In this document: positions 49,346 to 58,891 of the stretch, piece after piece
Layout: each line of letters opens with the position of its first letter
How positions within the stretch are numbered: position 1 is the stretch's first letter
Assembly: GCA_965213705.1 (NCBI GenBank)
Contig: OZ243913.1
Location: 3,328,001 to 3,392,000, forward strand
Direction of reading: 5' to 3'
Length of the DNA: 64,000 nt
Source of the DNA: Trueperaceae bacterium
GTDB taxonomy: Bacteria > Deinococcota > Deinococci > Deinococcales > Trueperaceae
Position numbers and translations under genes: made by a program
The notes under the pieces: model-generated
Database searches by the model: none
What the model saw: the letters and a program-made list of their open reading frames with translations, nothing else
Told to the model about the DNA's origin: nothing

Positions 49346-50431
49346 TTGATAGCACGCGTAAGCTTACTTTTGGTTCTCGGTCTGTCGCTCGCCCACGCCC
49401 AAGAGGCCGGGTCGGTCACCGACTATGTTCAAAACGGCAACCTCAACTACGCGCGGGGCGACTGTCAGTTTGCGCAGTACTTTTTTCAAGAGGCCTTAAA
49501 GCTCGAGCCCAGCAACCTAGACGCCGCGCTCGGCAAGGGCAAGGCGCTGGTGTGTCAAGGCGCGTACGACGCCGGCATCACCGAGTTTGAAAACGTCTTG
49601 AACGCCAGCCCCAACAACGTAGCGGCGCGCGTCCAACTGGCACAAGCCTACCAAAAGCAGTACGACAGCGACCGCCAGCGCTACGGCAGCCGCCTCGACG
49701 ACGCCCTCAACCTCGTCCAAACGACCGAACTGCTTGGCGCGGACAACGCCGAACTGCTCAACGTCAAGGGCGTGGTTTTGGCCCAACTCGGCGATACGGC
49801 GGGCGCTAGAGAAGCCCTGGAGCGCGCCATCACCCTCTACAGCAACATGAGCGCCGAGGACCAAGCGATTACTCAAATCAACCTGGGCAAGGTGTACTTG
49901 CAGTTGGACGAGCGCGAGTCCGCCTTACAAGCCTTCAAACGGGCGGTGGCCCTCAATCCGGCGAGCGCGTCGGCGCACAACAACGTCGGGGCGACCTACT
50001 TCGCCCTGGGCGACTGCGACCAGGGCATTTACGAACTGTCGCAAGCCGTCAACCTGAACCCAAGTTCGCTCGACGCGACGTTCAACCTGGGCCGCGCCAA
50101 GTTCGACTGCGGTCAGGTCGACAGTTCCATTCCCCACTTCGAGGCGGCGCTCAACTTGCAAGGCAACTTAAACATCCCCCAGCTCTACACTTACTTGTCT
50201 CGAGCCTACGCCAGCGTGGGCCGCTACGACGACGCGGTGCTGCGCGCGCAACAAGGCGCGCTGTTGCCGCCCAACTCCGCCGAGGCTTACTTTTACTTGG
50301 GCCAAGCTTTCGAAGCGCGCGGCGGGGCGAACGACGTCAACAACGCCTGCGACGCTTACCAAACGGCACTCGACTTGGAACCGACGTACCAACCCGCCCT
50401 GGACGCTGCCGCCGCTTGCACGACAAACTAA
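49346..50431 (+). CDS. Exported tetratricopeptide repeat protein
   Basis: Signal peptide AHA-QE, multiple TPR consensus repeats; GGAGG RBS before TTG. Confidence 0.88.
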   Translation: MIARVSLLLVLGLSLAHAQEAGSVTDYVQNGNLNYARGDCQFAQYFFQEALKLEPSNLDAALGKGKALVCQGAYDAGITEFENVLNASPNNVAARVQLAQAYQKQYDSDRQRYGSRLDDALNLVQTTELLGADNAELLNVKGVVLAQLGDTAGAREALERAITLYSNMSAEDQAITQINLGKVYLQLDERESALQAFKRAVALNPASASAHNNVGATYFALGDCDQGIYELSQAVNLNPSSLDATFNLGRAKFDCGQVDSSIPHFEAALNLQGNLNIPQLYTYLSRAYASVGRYDDAVLRAQQGALLPPNSAEAYFYLGQAFEARGGANDVNNACDAYQTALDLEPTYQPALDAAAACTTN

Positions 50432-50448
50432 CACTTTGCTGAATCAGC

Positions 50449-50479
50449 AAAAAAGGCCCCAGGACTCGGGGCCTTTTTT
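50449..50479. terminator. Bidirectional intrinsic terminator
   Basis: aaaaaaggcccc-aggactc-ggggcctttttt between convergent genes. Confidence 0.9.
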
Positions 50480-50683
50480 CTAGGGATTTAAGAATACCCA
50501 TAACACCGAAATGATTTTGTCATGTCATAGTTTGAGTTTAAGACAACACGCCCCGCGCGGGTTTGTTGACGTCACGACATCAATAAATCACTTTGGTATG
50601 AGGTGCAAGTTTAAAAGCATCGGGTTCACGATACTCGAGCCAGTGCCCCGTTTCAAGCTGTTGCCTCTACCTCGAGCCTGTCT

Positions 50684-51529
50684 CTAAGCTTTTTCATTGT
50701 ACTCGTAAAAGCCCCGCCCCGACTTGCGCCCCAACCGCCCCGCCTCGACGAGTTTGCGCAGCGTCTGCGGCGGCCGGAAACGCTCACCCAGGGCCTCGGT
50801 CATCGACTCCGTGATGAGGAGCATCGTGTCGAGCCCGACGTAGTCGGCCAGTTCCAGCGGTCCCATCGGGTGGTTGAGACCGAGCTTGACGGCGGTGTCT
50901 AAGTCGCGCGCTTCGGCGACGCCTTCTTCCAACATCCGCATCGACTCGGTGAGCAGCGCCGCCAGCGCCCGCGTCGTCACGAAGCCCTGGCGGTCGTTGA
51001 CCACCACGGTCGTTTTGCCGCACGCCCTGGCGACCTCTTCGGTCGTTTGCAGGGTCTGGTGAGAGGTTTGCAGCGCCCGCACGATTTCGACGAGGGCCAT
51101 GCGCTCGGGCGGGTTGAACCAGTGCATCCCGATGACTTGTTCGGGCCGCGTCGTCACCCCGGCGAGTGCCGTGACCGACAGCTCGCTCGTGTTCGTCGCC
51201 AAGACCGCGTGCGCCGGAGTAAGGCGGTCGAGTTGCTGAAACAAACTACGTTTCAGCTCGAGCTTTTCCGGTACGGCTTCGATGACGAAGTCCGCGGTTT
51301 CAGCCGCCGCCGCGAGGTCGGTCGTGGTGGTCAGCTTGGCGGCGACCGTGGCCTCGTCGCTGCGCTTGAGGACGCGGGCGTGCGCCTTGTCCAAACTCGC
51401 CTGGTACGGGTCGTAAAGCCGCACATTAAAACCGCTCACAAGGCACAGCGCGGCAATCCCGCCGCCCATCGTGCCCGCGCCCATCACGGCAACCGTTTCA
51501 ACCTTGGGGTCAAGCTTCGTTTCGCTCAT
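50684..51529 (-). CDS. 3-hydroxyacyl (butyryl)-CoA dehydrogenase
   Basis: GAGTMG, IEAVPE, ATNTS, GMHWFNP, HPMGPLEL, GRKSGRGFY. Confidence 0.93.
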   Translation of the reverse strand: MSETKLDPKVETVAVMGAGTMGGGIAALCLVSGFNVRLYDPYQASLDKAHARVLKRSDEATVAAKLTTTTDLAAAAETADFVIEAVPEKLELKRSLFQQLDRLTPAHAVLATNTSELSVTALAGVTTRPEQVIGMHWFNPPERMALVEIVRALQTSHQTLQTTEEVARACGKTTVVVNDRQGFVTTRALAALLTESMRMLEEGVAEARDLDTAVKLGLNHPMGPLELADYVGLDTMLLITESMTEALGERFRPPQTLRKLVEAGRLGRKSGRGFYEYNEKA

Positions 51530-51532
51530 AGC

Positions 51533-51594
51533 TGACAGTCTACAGGGTTGACAGCTTACCGGATTGACAGTCTACAGGGTTGACAGCTTACCGG
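51533..51594. repeat. 16-bp-period tandem repeat (32-bp duplication)
   Basis: tgacagtctacagggttgacagcttaccgg at 51533 and 51565. Confidence 0.9.
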
Positions 51595-51794
51595 TTACCG
51601 CTCGGCCTGTCGCCGTTGCTGCAAAAGCTTGTTACGGAAGAGTTCGTCGGAAAACCGCGCGGGGGCGAGGACAACCGATTTTGACAATAAACGTGAACGA
51701 ATTTGGCAGAGGTTTTCCGGCCCTTACCGGAATCCGTGTTCGCTTCGTCTCGCTCCGCCCTGGTCGACTTTGAAAGAGGCAACCGGAAAGGGTG

Positions 51795-52526
51795 TCAGAC
51801 GAGGTAGATTTCGAAGCGCGTCGTTTTACCCGGCAGCGTGGCGCTCGGTTTGACGCCCAAAAAGCCGGCCTTCGCCGGACGTTTGACGACCACGCGGCGT
51901 TTGGCGACTCCGAGGGCCGTCTCAAAAAGAGCGTCAGCGTCCGAGTCGTCGCCCACCAGGTCCCGGAAAAACCGCATACTTTTCCGCTTGGCCGCCGTCT
52001 TATTCGTCTCGGGGTACATCGGGTCGAGGTAAACCGTGTCGGGGCGTTCGGCAGGGTCCAGGTTCAGCAGGACGTCGCGAGCCTCCCCCCAGACCAGGGT
52101 CATGCGGGCGGCAGCCTCGGCGGTGGCGGGGTCGTCCGCGGCGCGGCGCAAACCGTCTGCGAGCAGCGCCGCGACAACGCCTGAGCGTTCCACCAGCGTG
52201 ACCCGGCACCCTTCGGCGGCCAGCACGAAAGCGTCGCCGCCCAAACCCGCGGTGGCGTCCAGGACGGTCGGCCGGAACGAACTCCTCACGCCGACGGCTC
52301 GAGCCACGGCCTCGCGTTTGCCGTGACGGCGGCCCAACGCCGAAAAGTCCACGTAGACCGGCCCGGTTCGCGACGCGGTCTCGCGCAGCTCGAGGCGTTC
52401 GGGCGTTGCAACGAGTAGGTAGTCGGCATCCTCCCCGACTACAAGCGGCACCTGCAACATCCGCGCCAGCTCGGCGGCGACCGTTTCGTCTCCACCCACG
52501 TTGCTTATCCCGATGCTCGCCGTCAC
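51795..52526 (-). CDS. rsmJ: RsmJ/YhiQ-like 16S rRNA methyltransferase
   Basis: VYVDF, LDATAGLGGD, VYLDPMYP, RVVVKRP, GKTTRF. Confidence 0.85.
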   Translation of the reverse strand: MTASIGISNVGGDETVAAELARMLQVPLVVGEDADYLLVATPERLELRETASRTGPVYVDFSALGRRHGKREAVARAVGVRSSFRPTVLDATAGLGGDAFVLAAEGCRVTLVERSGVVAALLADGLRRAADDPATAEAAARMTLVWGEARDVLLNLDPAERPDTVYLDPMYPETNKTAAKRKSMRFFRDLVGDDSDADALFETALGVAKRRVVVKRPAKAGFLGVKPSATLPGKTTRFEIYLV

Positions 52527-52691
52527 GTTTCTATCGTACTCGGACCGGGCAACGCCTCTCGTTCAAACGGCGTGTGAAAAAGTGATGGTAAAGCTACGGA
52601 TAATAAGCTAGTATAAAAAGCGGCTTACGCTTGTTAAGAAGCACATCCTACTCGCCTTAGACACGAAGGCAAAACCAACCAGGAGGCAACG

Positions 52692-54008
52692 ATGAGTAAC
52701 CGGACTTTGGCTGAACGCCGCGCTGCGGCCGTCGCGCCGGCGGCCTACAGCGTCCACCCGTTCTACCCCGAGCGCGCCGCGGGCTCGTACGTGTGGGACG
52801 CCGACGGCAAAAAGTACCTCGACTGGTCGGTCGGGATTGCCGTGATGAACGTCGGGCACTCGCACCCGAAAGTGCTGGAGGCCGTGAAAAAACAGGTCGA
52901 CACCTTCCAACACCTCTGTTTCGCGGTCGGCATGAACGAGACCTACATCGAGTTATCCGAAAAGCTCAACGAAATCGCGCCGGGCTCGTCGCCAAAAAAG
53001 ACCTTCCTCATCAACTCCGGGGCCGAGGCGGTCGAGAACGCGGTGAAAATCGCTCGAGCCTACACGGGTCGTCAGGGCATCGTCAGTTTCACCCACGCTT
53101 TCCACGGCCGCACCCACATGGCGCTGTCGTTGACCGGCAAGTCCGACCCCTACAAGGCGGGCTTTGCGCCGCGCGCCGCCGAGGTCTACCGGGCCTACTA
53201 CCCCTACTGCTACCGCTGCCCGTACGGCGGCCCCAAAGACGGCGCGTGCTGCCAGAGTGACTTGGCACAACTCAAAGACCTCGTCAAGACGACCATTGGC
53301 GAGCGTGAGGTGGCGGCTTTCATTGTGGAGCCCGTCGCCGGGGAGGGCGGGTTCATCCCCGCGCCGGAAAGCTTCTTGAGAAGCCTGCGCGCTTACTGCA
53401 CCGAAATCGGCGCGCTCTGGATAGACGACGAGGTGCAAGCGGGCATCGGCCGCACCGGTGCGTGGTGGGCGGTCGACCACTACGACCTGGAGCCCGACCT
53501 AGTTTGCTCGGCCAAGGCGCTGTCGTCGGGCTTTCCGCTTTCGGCGGTCGTCGGCAAGGCCGAGGTCATGGACGAAATTGCCCCCGGCATGTTGGGCTCG
53601 ACCTTTGGCGGCAACCCGGTGAGCTGCGCCGCCGCGCTCGCGACCCTGAACGTCGTCGAGGAAGAGGGTCTGTTGGAACGCGCCCAAAACTTAGGCGCAG
53701 TGCTGCAAGACCGGCTCGGCCAACTGCAAAACCAGTTTGAACAGGTCGGCGACGTGCGCGGCCTGGGCGCGATGGTGGGCATCGAGTTCGTCAACGAAGG
53801 TAGCAAAACCCCGAACAAAGCGGCGGTCGAGGCAGTGACCGCTCACGCTCGAGAAGCCGGCCTCATCTTGCTGCCGACCGGCACCTATAGCAACGTGATT
53901 CGCCTGTTGCCACCCCTCAACATGAGCGACGCGGCGTTGGAAGAAGGCTTGGAAAAACTCACCACCGCCATAAAAAGCGTGCTCGAGCCCGTGACGGCGG
54001 TCGCTTGA
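52692..54008 (+). CDS. gabT: 4-aminobutyrate aminotransferase (class III PLP)
   Basis: NSGAEAVENAVKIAR, FHGRT, EPVAGEGG, DEVQAG.GRTG, AK PLP lysine. Confidence 0.88.
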   Translation: MSNRTLAERRAAAVAPAAYSVHPFYPERAAGSYVWDADGKKYLDWSVGIAVMNVGHSHPKVLEAVKKQVDTFQHLCFAVGMNETYIELSEKLNEIAPGSSPKKTFLINSGAEAVENAVKIARAYTGRQGIVSFTHAFHGRTHMALSLTGKSDPYKAGFAPRAAEVYRAYYPYCYRCPYGGPKDGACCQSDLAQLKDLVKTTIGEREVAAFIVEPVAGEGGFIPAPESFLRSLRAYCTEIGALWIDDEVQAGIGRTGAWWAVDHYDLEPDLVCSAKALSSGFPLSAVVGKAEVMDEIAPGMLGSTFGGNPVSCAAALATLNVVEEEGLLERAQNLGAVLQDRLGQLQNQFEQVGDVRGLGAMVGIEFVNEGSKTPNKAAVEAVTAHAREAGLILLPTGTYSNVIRLLPPLNMSDAALEEGLEKLTTAIKSVLEPVTAVA

Positions 54009-54029
54009 GGTTCCGCCGCCTTTTGTAGC

Positions 54030-54212
54030 GCGTGCCGTCCAGGGTGACGAGGTTCAGCGTCGGCTGAGATTCCGGGCAGGTCGTGAGGTCATGGGCTCAA
54101 GCCACCGCCAAGCTGAGCACGGCTTGGTGCGGCTCACGCGGGACCTAACAGTTCGTCCCCACGCTCGCTCGAGCAAGCAACAGTCGCCCCTGACGCTGAG
54201 CTTTCGGCACGC
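54030..54212. ncRNA. Candidate structured RNA: long imperfect hairpin of about 183 nt
   Basis: Nested stems gcgtgccg/cggcacgc, aggttcagcgtcgg/ctgacgctgagctt, aggtc-gtgag/ctcac-gacct, ccaagctg/cggcttgg. Confidence 0.4.
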
Positions 54213-54230
54213 TTTTGTCAGCAACTACCC

Positions 54231-54259
54231 TTGGCAGACAGGGAACGGCCTGGTATACT
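54231..54259 (+). promoter_or_regulatory. Sigma70-type promoter of tRNA-Trp
   Basis: TTGGCA-17 bp-TATACT. Confidence 0.75.
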
Positions 54260-54273
54260 TCTAAAGCGTTTAC

Positions 54274-54349
<76 letters not shown>

Positions 54350-54381
54350 GGAGAAACACCGTCTCTGACGGAACAAATAAG

Positions 54382-54413
54382 AACGCGGTGAAATTTAAAT
54401 CTCACCGCGTTTT
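54382..54413 (+). terminator. Hairpin/terminator after tRNA-Trp
   Basis: aacgcggtga-aatttaaatc-tcaccgcgtt followed by a T-rich tract. Confidence 0.7.
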
Positions 54414-54438
54414 CTTGTTTGTGCGCCTATAGTGTGAT

Positions 54439-55002
54439 AGGTTCGCCGCCGAAGCAGCAAGGGACCGGGACTTGGAAGCGTTGTGGCAGTTGACCGAAGC
54501 CCACCTGACCCTGCACGGCTCGGCGGGCTCGAGAGTGTCCAGCAACACCCTGACGAGTTACCGAAGGTACGTGTTCCACCTTATCGACACGTGGTCGGGT
54601 GAGGCGCTGCTGCGACCCTCAAGAAATGCCGGGGTACTTTGGGTCCGGGAACTCGAAGCCGCGTTTAAGCCCGCCACCGTCCGGGTAAAGCTGGCCGCGG
54701 CTCGCGCCCTCTACGCCGCCCTGCGCTGGAGCGGTGCTACCACGTTTGACCCCTTTGCCGATGTCAAACCCGGCCGCGACCTCACCCCGGCCTGGGAAAA
54801 GCGGCAGGCTTACACCCTGAACGAAATCGAATGGCTGACTCGGGTGGCTGAAGGCTATACCTTATCTACAGTTCTTTTAGGAGCCCACGCCGGTTTGCGT
54901 GTCAGTGAAATGACCTCGTTACGTTGGGAAGACATCCGGCTGAGTGAGAAGAAGTTGACGGTCAGGAAAAGTGACCTGTTGTTTTTACGACCGCAGGCGT
55001 AG
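54439..55002 (+). pseudogene. Truncated tyrosine recombinase/integrase
   Basis: AARDRDLEALW..TEAHL, SNTLTSY, PATVRVKLAA, HAGLRVSEM...L.W.DI; breaks off at LTVRK, lacking the GK, HxLRH and Tyr boxes. Confidence 0.85.
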
Positions 55003-55009
55003 CCAGGGT

Positions 55010-56320
55010 CTACTGGCCTTGCACAAGCCGTGGAAGCCAAAGGGCTATGTCAGGAAAAAGGGCAACTAGAACAAGGGCGACGACCTGCAGACCGATAAAA
55101 GGCCACTGGGCTGCAAGAATTTCATTCAAACTGATCTCGGGCGGTGCAACGCCTTTTAGATAAAAACAAGCCGGCCCAAAGGGTGGCGACAGGTAAGAAA
55201 TTTGCATGGCGAGGTTGAACAGGATGCCGAACCAAACAGCGTCGTAGCCGAGCGCCAGCACGGTGGGCAGAAAAATCGGCATCGTCAAAAACAGAATGCC
55301 TATCCAGTCGATAAAGAACCCCAGAAATATAAACACGCATAACATGATGACGATGATGACGACTGGGTTGCTCGAGACCCCCGTCAGCAAACCTTTAGCA
55401 AAGGCGATGCCGCCTATAGCGTTGTAAACCCCGATGAGTGCATTCGTGCCGAACACGAGCCACAAGACAACACCGCAGGTTTTAAAAGTCTGCGCAAGCG
55501 CGTCGCGCAGCATCCGCCACGAAAAAGCGCCGCGTAAGACCGCGGCCAGCAGCGAGCCGACCACGCCGAGCGCAGCGGCCTCGGATACCGAAGCGAGCCC
55601 CAAGTAAATCGACCCGAGCACTGAGAAAGCTACCAGCAGCGGCAGGGCCACGCCCCTGAGCGCACGCAGTTTGTCAGCAAAAGGCACGTCTATATCGGCC
55701 ACGGGTGCCAATGCAGGGTTGAGGTTGACGCGCGTGAGAATATAGAGCATGTAGAGCGCCGCCAACAGCAACCCCGGCAAAATCGTTGCCAAAAACAGGG
55801 CGCTAATAGACACCTGTGCGGTCAGGCCATAGAAGATGAGGATAATCGAGGGTGGAATCATGGTGCCGAGCGAGCCGCCCGCCGTGATGGTGCCGATGGC
55901 GAGCTTGCGGTCGTAGCCGAGCCTTAGCATCTGCGGCAGCGCCACCAGCCCCAGCAGCACGATTTCCCCGCCGATGATGCCGGTCGTCGCGCCCAAGAAC
56001 ACCGCCACGACCGTGGTGATAAGGGCCACTCCGCCCCGCAAACGACCTGCCCAAACGTTGAAAGCGTCATACAAATCTTTGGCGACGCCGGAACGCTCGA
56101 GCACCGACGCCATAAGTACGAACATGGGCACCGCCACGAGCGAGAACGACTCCAACAGGTCGACCGTGCGGCTGCCCATGACGAAGAGCGCGTTGGGACC
56201 AAACTCGCTCAGGGTGACGACGACCGCTATCGAACCCGCCACAAAGGCGAGCGGCACCCCCAGCGTGAGGAGCGTGACGAGAGTGCCCACGATAAGTAAG
56301 GAGATGGTCGCGATGTCGAT
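55010..56320 (-). CDS. dctM: TRAP transporter large permease
   Basis: AVPMFVLM, GGSLGTMIPPS, SYLSPPFG; the apparent start codon is ATC (first canonical start is GTG at 56290). Confidence 0.9.
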   Translation of the reverse strand: MDIATISLLIVGTLVTLLTLGVPLAFVAGSIAVVVTLSEFGPNALFVMGSRTVDLLESFSLVAVPMFVLMASVLERSGVAKDLYDAFNVWAGRLRGGVALITTVVAVFLGATTGIIGGEIVLLGLVALPQMLRLGYDRKLAIGTITAGGSLGTMIPPSIILIFYGLTAQVSISALFLATILPGLLLAALYMLYILTRVNLNPALAPVADIDVPFADKLRALRGVALPLLVAFSVLGSIYLGLASVSEAAALGVVGSLLAAVLRGAFSWRMLRDALAQTFKTCGVVLWLVFGTNALIGVYNAIGGIAFAKGLLTGVSSNPVVIIVIMLCVFIFLGFFIDWIGILFLTMPIFLPTVLALGYDAVWFGILFNLAMQISYLSPPFGPACFYLKGVAPPEISLNEILAAQWPFIGLQVVALVLVALFPDIALWLPRLVQGQ

Positions 56321-56323
56321 AGG

Positions 56324-56902
56324 TTAGGTCCTCGGTTTCTGCTTCGGTGTAGGCTTCGGTCTCCGCTGAAAGAGCAGCACAAATTGCAGCACGACCACAA
56401 GCAAAAAAAGCGCCGAGCCGAGGCAGAGCGACAAGTTGATAAACCCTGGAATCGGCGGGTTCCAGTACGAGCCGGAACGTTCGGGCGTCCAGGTGCCGTC
56501 GGCGGCGAACTTAAAAAGTGAGCGCTGCGTCATGCGCGCCGTGGCGAAGGTTAAGCCGGACAAGTACACCACCGCGACAAAAGTGCTGAGGATGTCGGAC
56601 AACCACAAACCGCGCGCCCCGAACCTGTCGGTGAGGACGGTAATGCGCATGTGCGAGCGGTCGGCCATACAGTAGGCCCCGCCGAAGATGAACGCGAAGC
56701 CTCCCAAGGCCACGGTCGACTCGTGTGCCCAAAAGGTCGGCGCGTTGAACACGTAACGAGCGACCACCTCGTAGGTAATCATCGCCATCATCACGACGAA
56801 CAGCCACGAAATGAGGTTGCCTAAGCGGACGACGAAAGCCTCGAGCCCCGTCGGAGTCTCGAGCGGCACTTCGTGAGGAGGTGGAACTGACGGCTCTGAC
56901 AT
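56324..56902 (-). CDS. dctQ: TRAP transporter small permease
   Basis: YEVVARYVFNAPTFWAHE, GGAY, HMRI; four TM segments. Confidence 0.9.
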   Translation of the reverse strand: MSEPSVPPPHEVPLETPTGLEAFVVRLGNLISWLFVVMMAMITYEVVARYVFNAPTFWAHESTVALGGFAFIFGGAYCMADRSHMRITVLTDRFGARGLWLSDILSTFVAVVYLSGLTFATARMTQRSLFKFAADGTWTPERSGSYWNPPIPGFINLSLCLGSALFLLVVVLQFVLLFQRRPKPTPKQKPRT

Positions 56903-56980
56903 CTGCTTTGGCTTATCCTCCGAGCTTTGCAAACGGTTTAAAATCACGACCTTGAACTGCCGACGACCGAAGCCCGACTC

Positions 56981-57018
56981 TTTTCTGCCCCACTTTTCTT
57001 TCGAAGTGGGGCAGAAAA
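56981..57018 (-). terminator. Intra-operon hairpin after dctP
   Basis: ttttctgccccactt...aagtggggcagaaaa, perfect 15-bp stem. Confidence 0.75.
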
Positions 57019-57025
57019 TCACCTG

Positions 57026-58030
57026 TTAGTTGAGTCCTTCCAAGTACGCCCTATAGCTGTCGATGATCGCTTTTGTTTCGGGACTCTTTTGCGACCAATC
57101 GTCCCAAATTTCGAACACGAGGTTTCTCAGGGTTTCTTTGTCCGCGTCGCCGAACTCGATAAAGGTCACGCCGAGGTCGTCTTCGGCGAGTTGAATGGCC
57201 GCCGCGTCGTCGGCTTGCAGGCGCTCGGCCAGGGTCGCGGACATGTCGGCGACGGCTTGCTCAAAGGCGGTTTGCGCTTCGGGTGAAAGGGCGTCCCATT
57301 TCGCCTTGGACACGCTCACCTCGGTGATGGCGGACGAGTGGTTGGCGGCAATTGAATACTTGGCCGCGTTGTGCAGCCCGATGGCGACGTTGAGGCTGGG
57401 GCTGGCGATGTCCGCGCCGTCGACCACGCCCGTCTCGAGCGCGTTCACGGTTTCGGACACGGGCAAGTTGACGATGGTCGCGCCCGCGCGGGTCAGCAGG
57501 TCGCCGACCAATCCTTCGGGCGAGCGGATTTTGTAGCCTTGAAAGTCGGCAATCGAATTCACGGCTTTGGTCGAGGGAATTTGCTCGACGGGCCAGTAGA
57601 CGAGACCGACGAGGTGCAGGCCGTACGCGTCGTAAAGGCTCCGGGCCAGCTCGAGCCCGCCCCCGTCGCTAAACCAGCCGTCGCGCTCTTCCAGGGTCGG
57701 GAACGCGGCGAGCGTGTCGCCCAGTACGGCGAACGCCGGGTCTTTGCCCGCGAAGTAGCTCGGCGCGGTGTATTCGCCGTCCAAAAGACCGTTCTCGATC
57801 GCGTCGAGCGTTTCGGTCACGCCGACGACCGCGCCGCCCGGCAAGACTTCGATGTCGACCTCGCCGTCGGTCGCCTCCCGCAGCGCGTCGGCCATCTCTT
57901 GAAACGCAATCGTGGTAGTGGCGTTTTCACCCAAAAAGGTCTGCATCCTGAACCTTTCAGCCTGGGCGCTGCCGAACAGCAGGAAAGCGGTGGTCGCGAT
58001 AAGTAGGGCTCGAGCGAGTATAGGTTTCAT
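57026..58030 (-). CDS. dctP: TRAP substrate-binding protein
   Basis: Signal peptide, TDGEVDIE, YFAGKDPAF, G.KIRSP, ALETGVVDG. Confidence 0.9.
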   Translation of the reverse strand: MKPILARALLIATTAFLLFGSAQAERFRMQTFLGENATTTIAFQEMADALREATDGEVDIEVLPGGAVVGVTETLDAIENGLLDGEYTAPSYFAGKDPAFAVLGDTLAAFPTLEERDGWFSDGGGLELARSLYDAYGLHLVGLVYWPVEQIPSTKAVNSIADFQGYKIRSPEGLVGDLLTRAGATIVNLPVSETVNALETGVVDGADIASPSLNVAIGLHNAAKYSIAANHSSAITEVSVSKAKWDALSPEAQTAFEQAVADMSATLAERLQADDAAAIQLAEDDLGVTFIEFGDADKETLRNLVFEIWDDWSQKSPETKAIIDSYRAYLEGLN

Positions 58031-58087
58031 CGTTTCTCCTTGTCTAAACGGTATAGGGCTTGGATTGGAGACCGGAATATATCAAGC

Positions 58088-58891
58088 TCACGAGTCAGGT
58101 TTCACCTCCGAATTTGTTGCGTACAGCCCTTGCTGCAGCTCGCGCAAACCGCTGAGCCACAAAGAAATGTCGGTGCTCACCGCCACGCACTGCGCGCCTT
58201 TTTCTACGAGCGCGTGCGCGTGCACAGCGTTCCAGGCGAAGTTGGCAACGGGAACGCCGCGAGCTTTTGCCGCGGCGTGAACCTTTTGCCTCGCTCCTTC
58301 GACCTCGTCGTCCGCGTCGAAAGGATTCGCTTTGCCGAGCGCCACGCCCAGGTCGAAGTGGCCGAACCACACCATGCCAACGCCCTCGACATCCAAAATT
58401 GTGTCGATATTGTCGACGCCTGCTGGGTCTTCGATAAGGGGGCCGATAAGAGGAACGGGCTGAGCAGGGTCGAAATAGTCGTGCCAAGGACGCACACCGT
58501 AGCGGGCCGCCCGAGTGACGGGGGCCGCGCCGCGGCGGCCCAGCGGGGGCCAGGCGGCCGCCGACACCGCCTTTTTCATGTCCTCAGCACTTTTAACATG
58601 GGGCACGACGACGCCCTGCGCGCCTAAGTCGAGGGCGGTGCCTATTTGCCCGAAGTCGTTGCTGCGGACCCGCACCCACGGCGTCACGCCGCCCGCGTCG
58701 GCGGCGCGTAAAAGGTGCTCGAGCCCCGGCCCGAAAGGCGCGGTCGCCGAGTGCTCGCAGTCGATGACCACGAAGTCGAACCCCAACATGCCGAGCATCT
58801 CGACGAACACGGGCGAGTCGGCCAGCGCAAAGGTGCCGAATAGCCGCTTGCCCGCTTTTAGTCTTGTGTGCAAGTCGGGTGCGGGATTCAA
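58088..58891 (-). CDS. HpcH/HpaI aldolase family protein
   Basis: GFDFVVIDCEH, LDLGAQG..VPHV, PPLGRRG, IED, G.FDL. Confidence 0.9.
   Translation of the reverse strand: MNPAPDLHTRLKAGKRLFGTFALADSPVFVEMLGMLGFDFVVIDCEHSATAPFGPGLEHLLRAADAGGVTPWVRVRSNDFGQIGTALDLGAQGVVVPHVKSAEDMKKAVSAAAWPPLGRRGAAPVTRAARYGVRPWHDYFDPAQPVPLIGPLIEDPAGVDNIDTILDVEGVGMVWFGHFDLGVALGKANPFDADDEVEGARQKVHAAAKARGVPVANFAWNAVHAHALVEKGAQCVAVSTDISLWLSGLRELQQGLYATNSEVKPDS

Noticed and set aside
54439..55002. Integrase fragment as the IntI serving the attC cassettes
   Set aside because: 38 kb away, truncated before the catalytic boxes, no IntI-specific features visible, and positioned like a tRNA-island integrase
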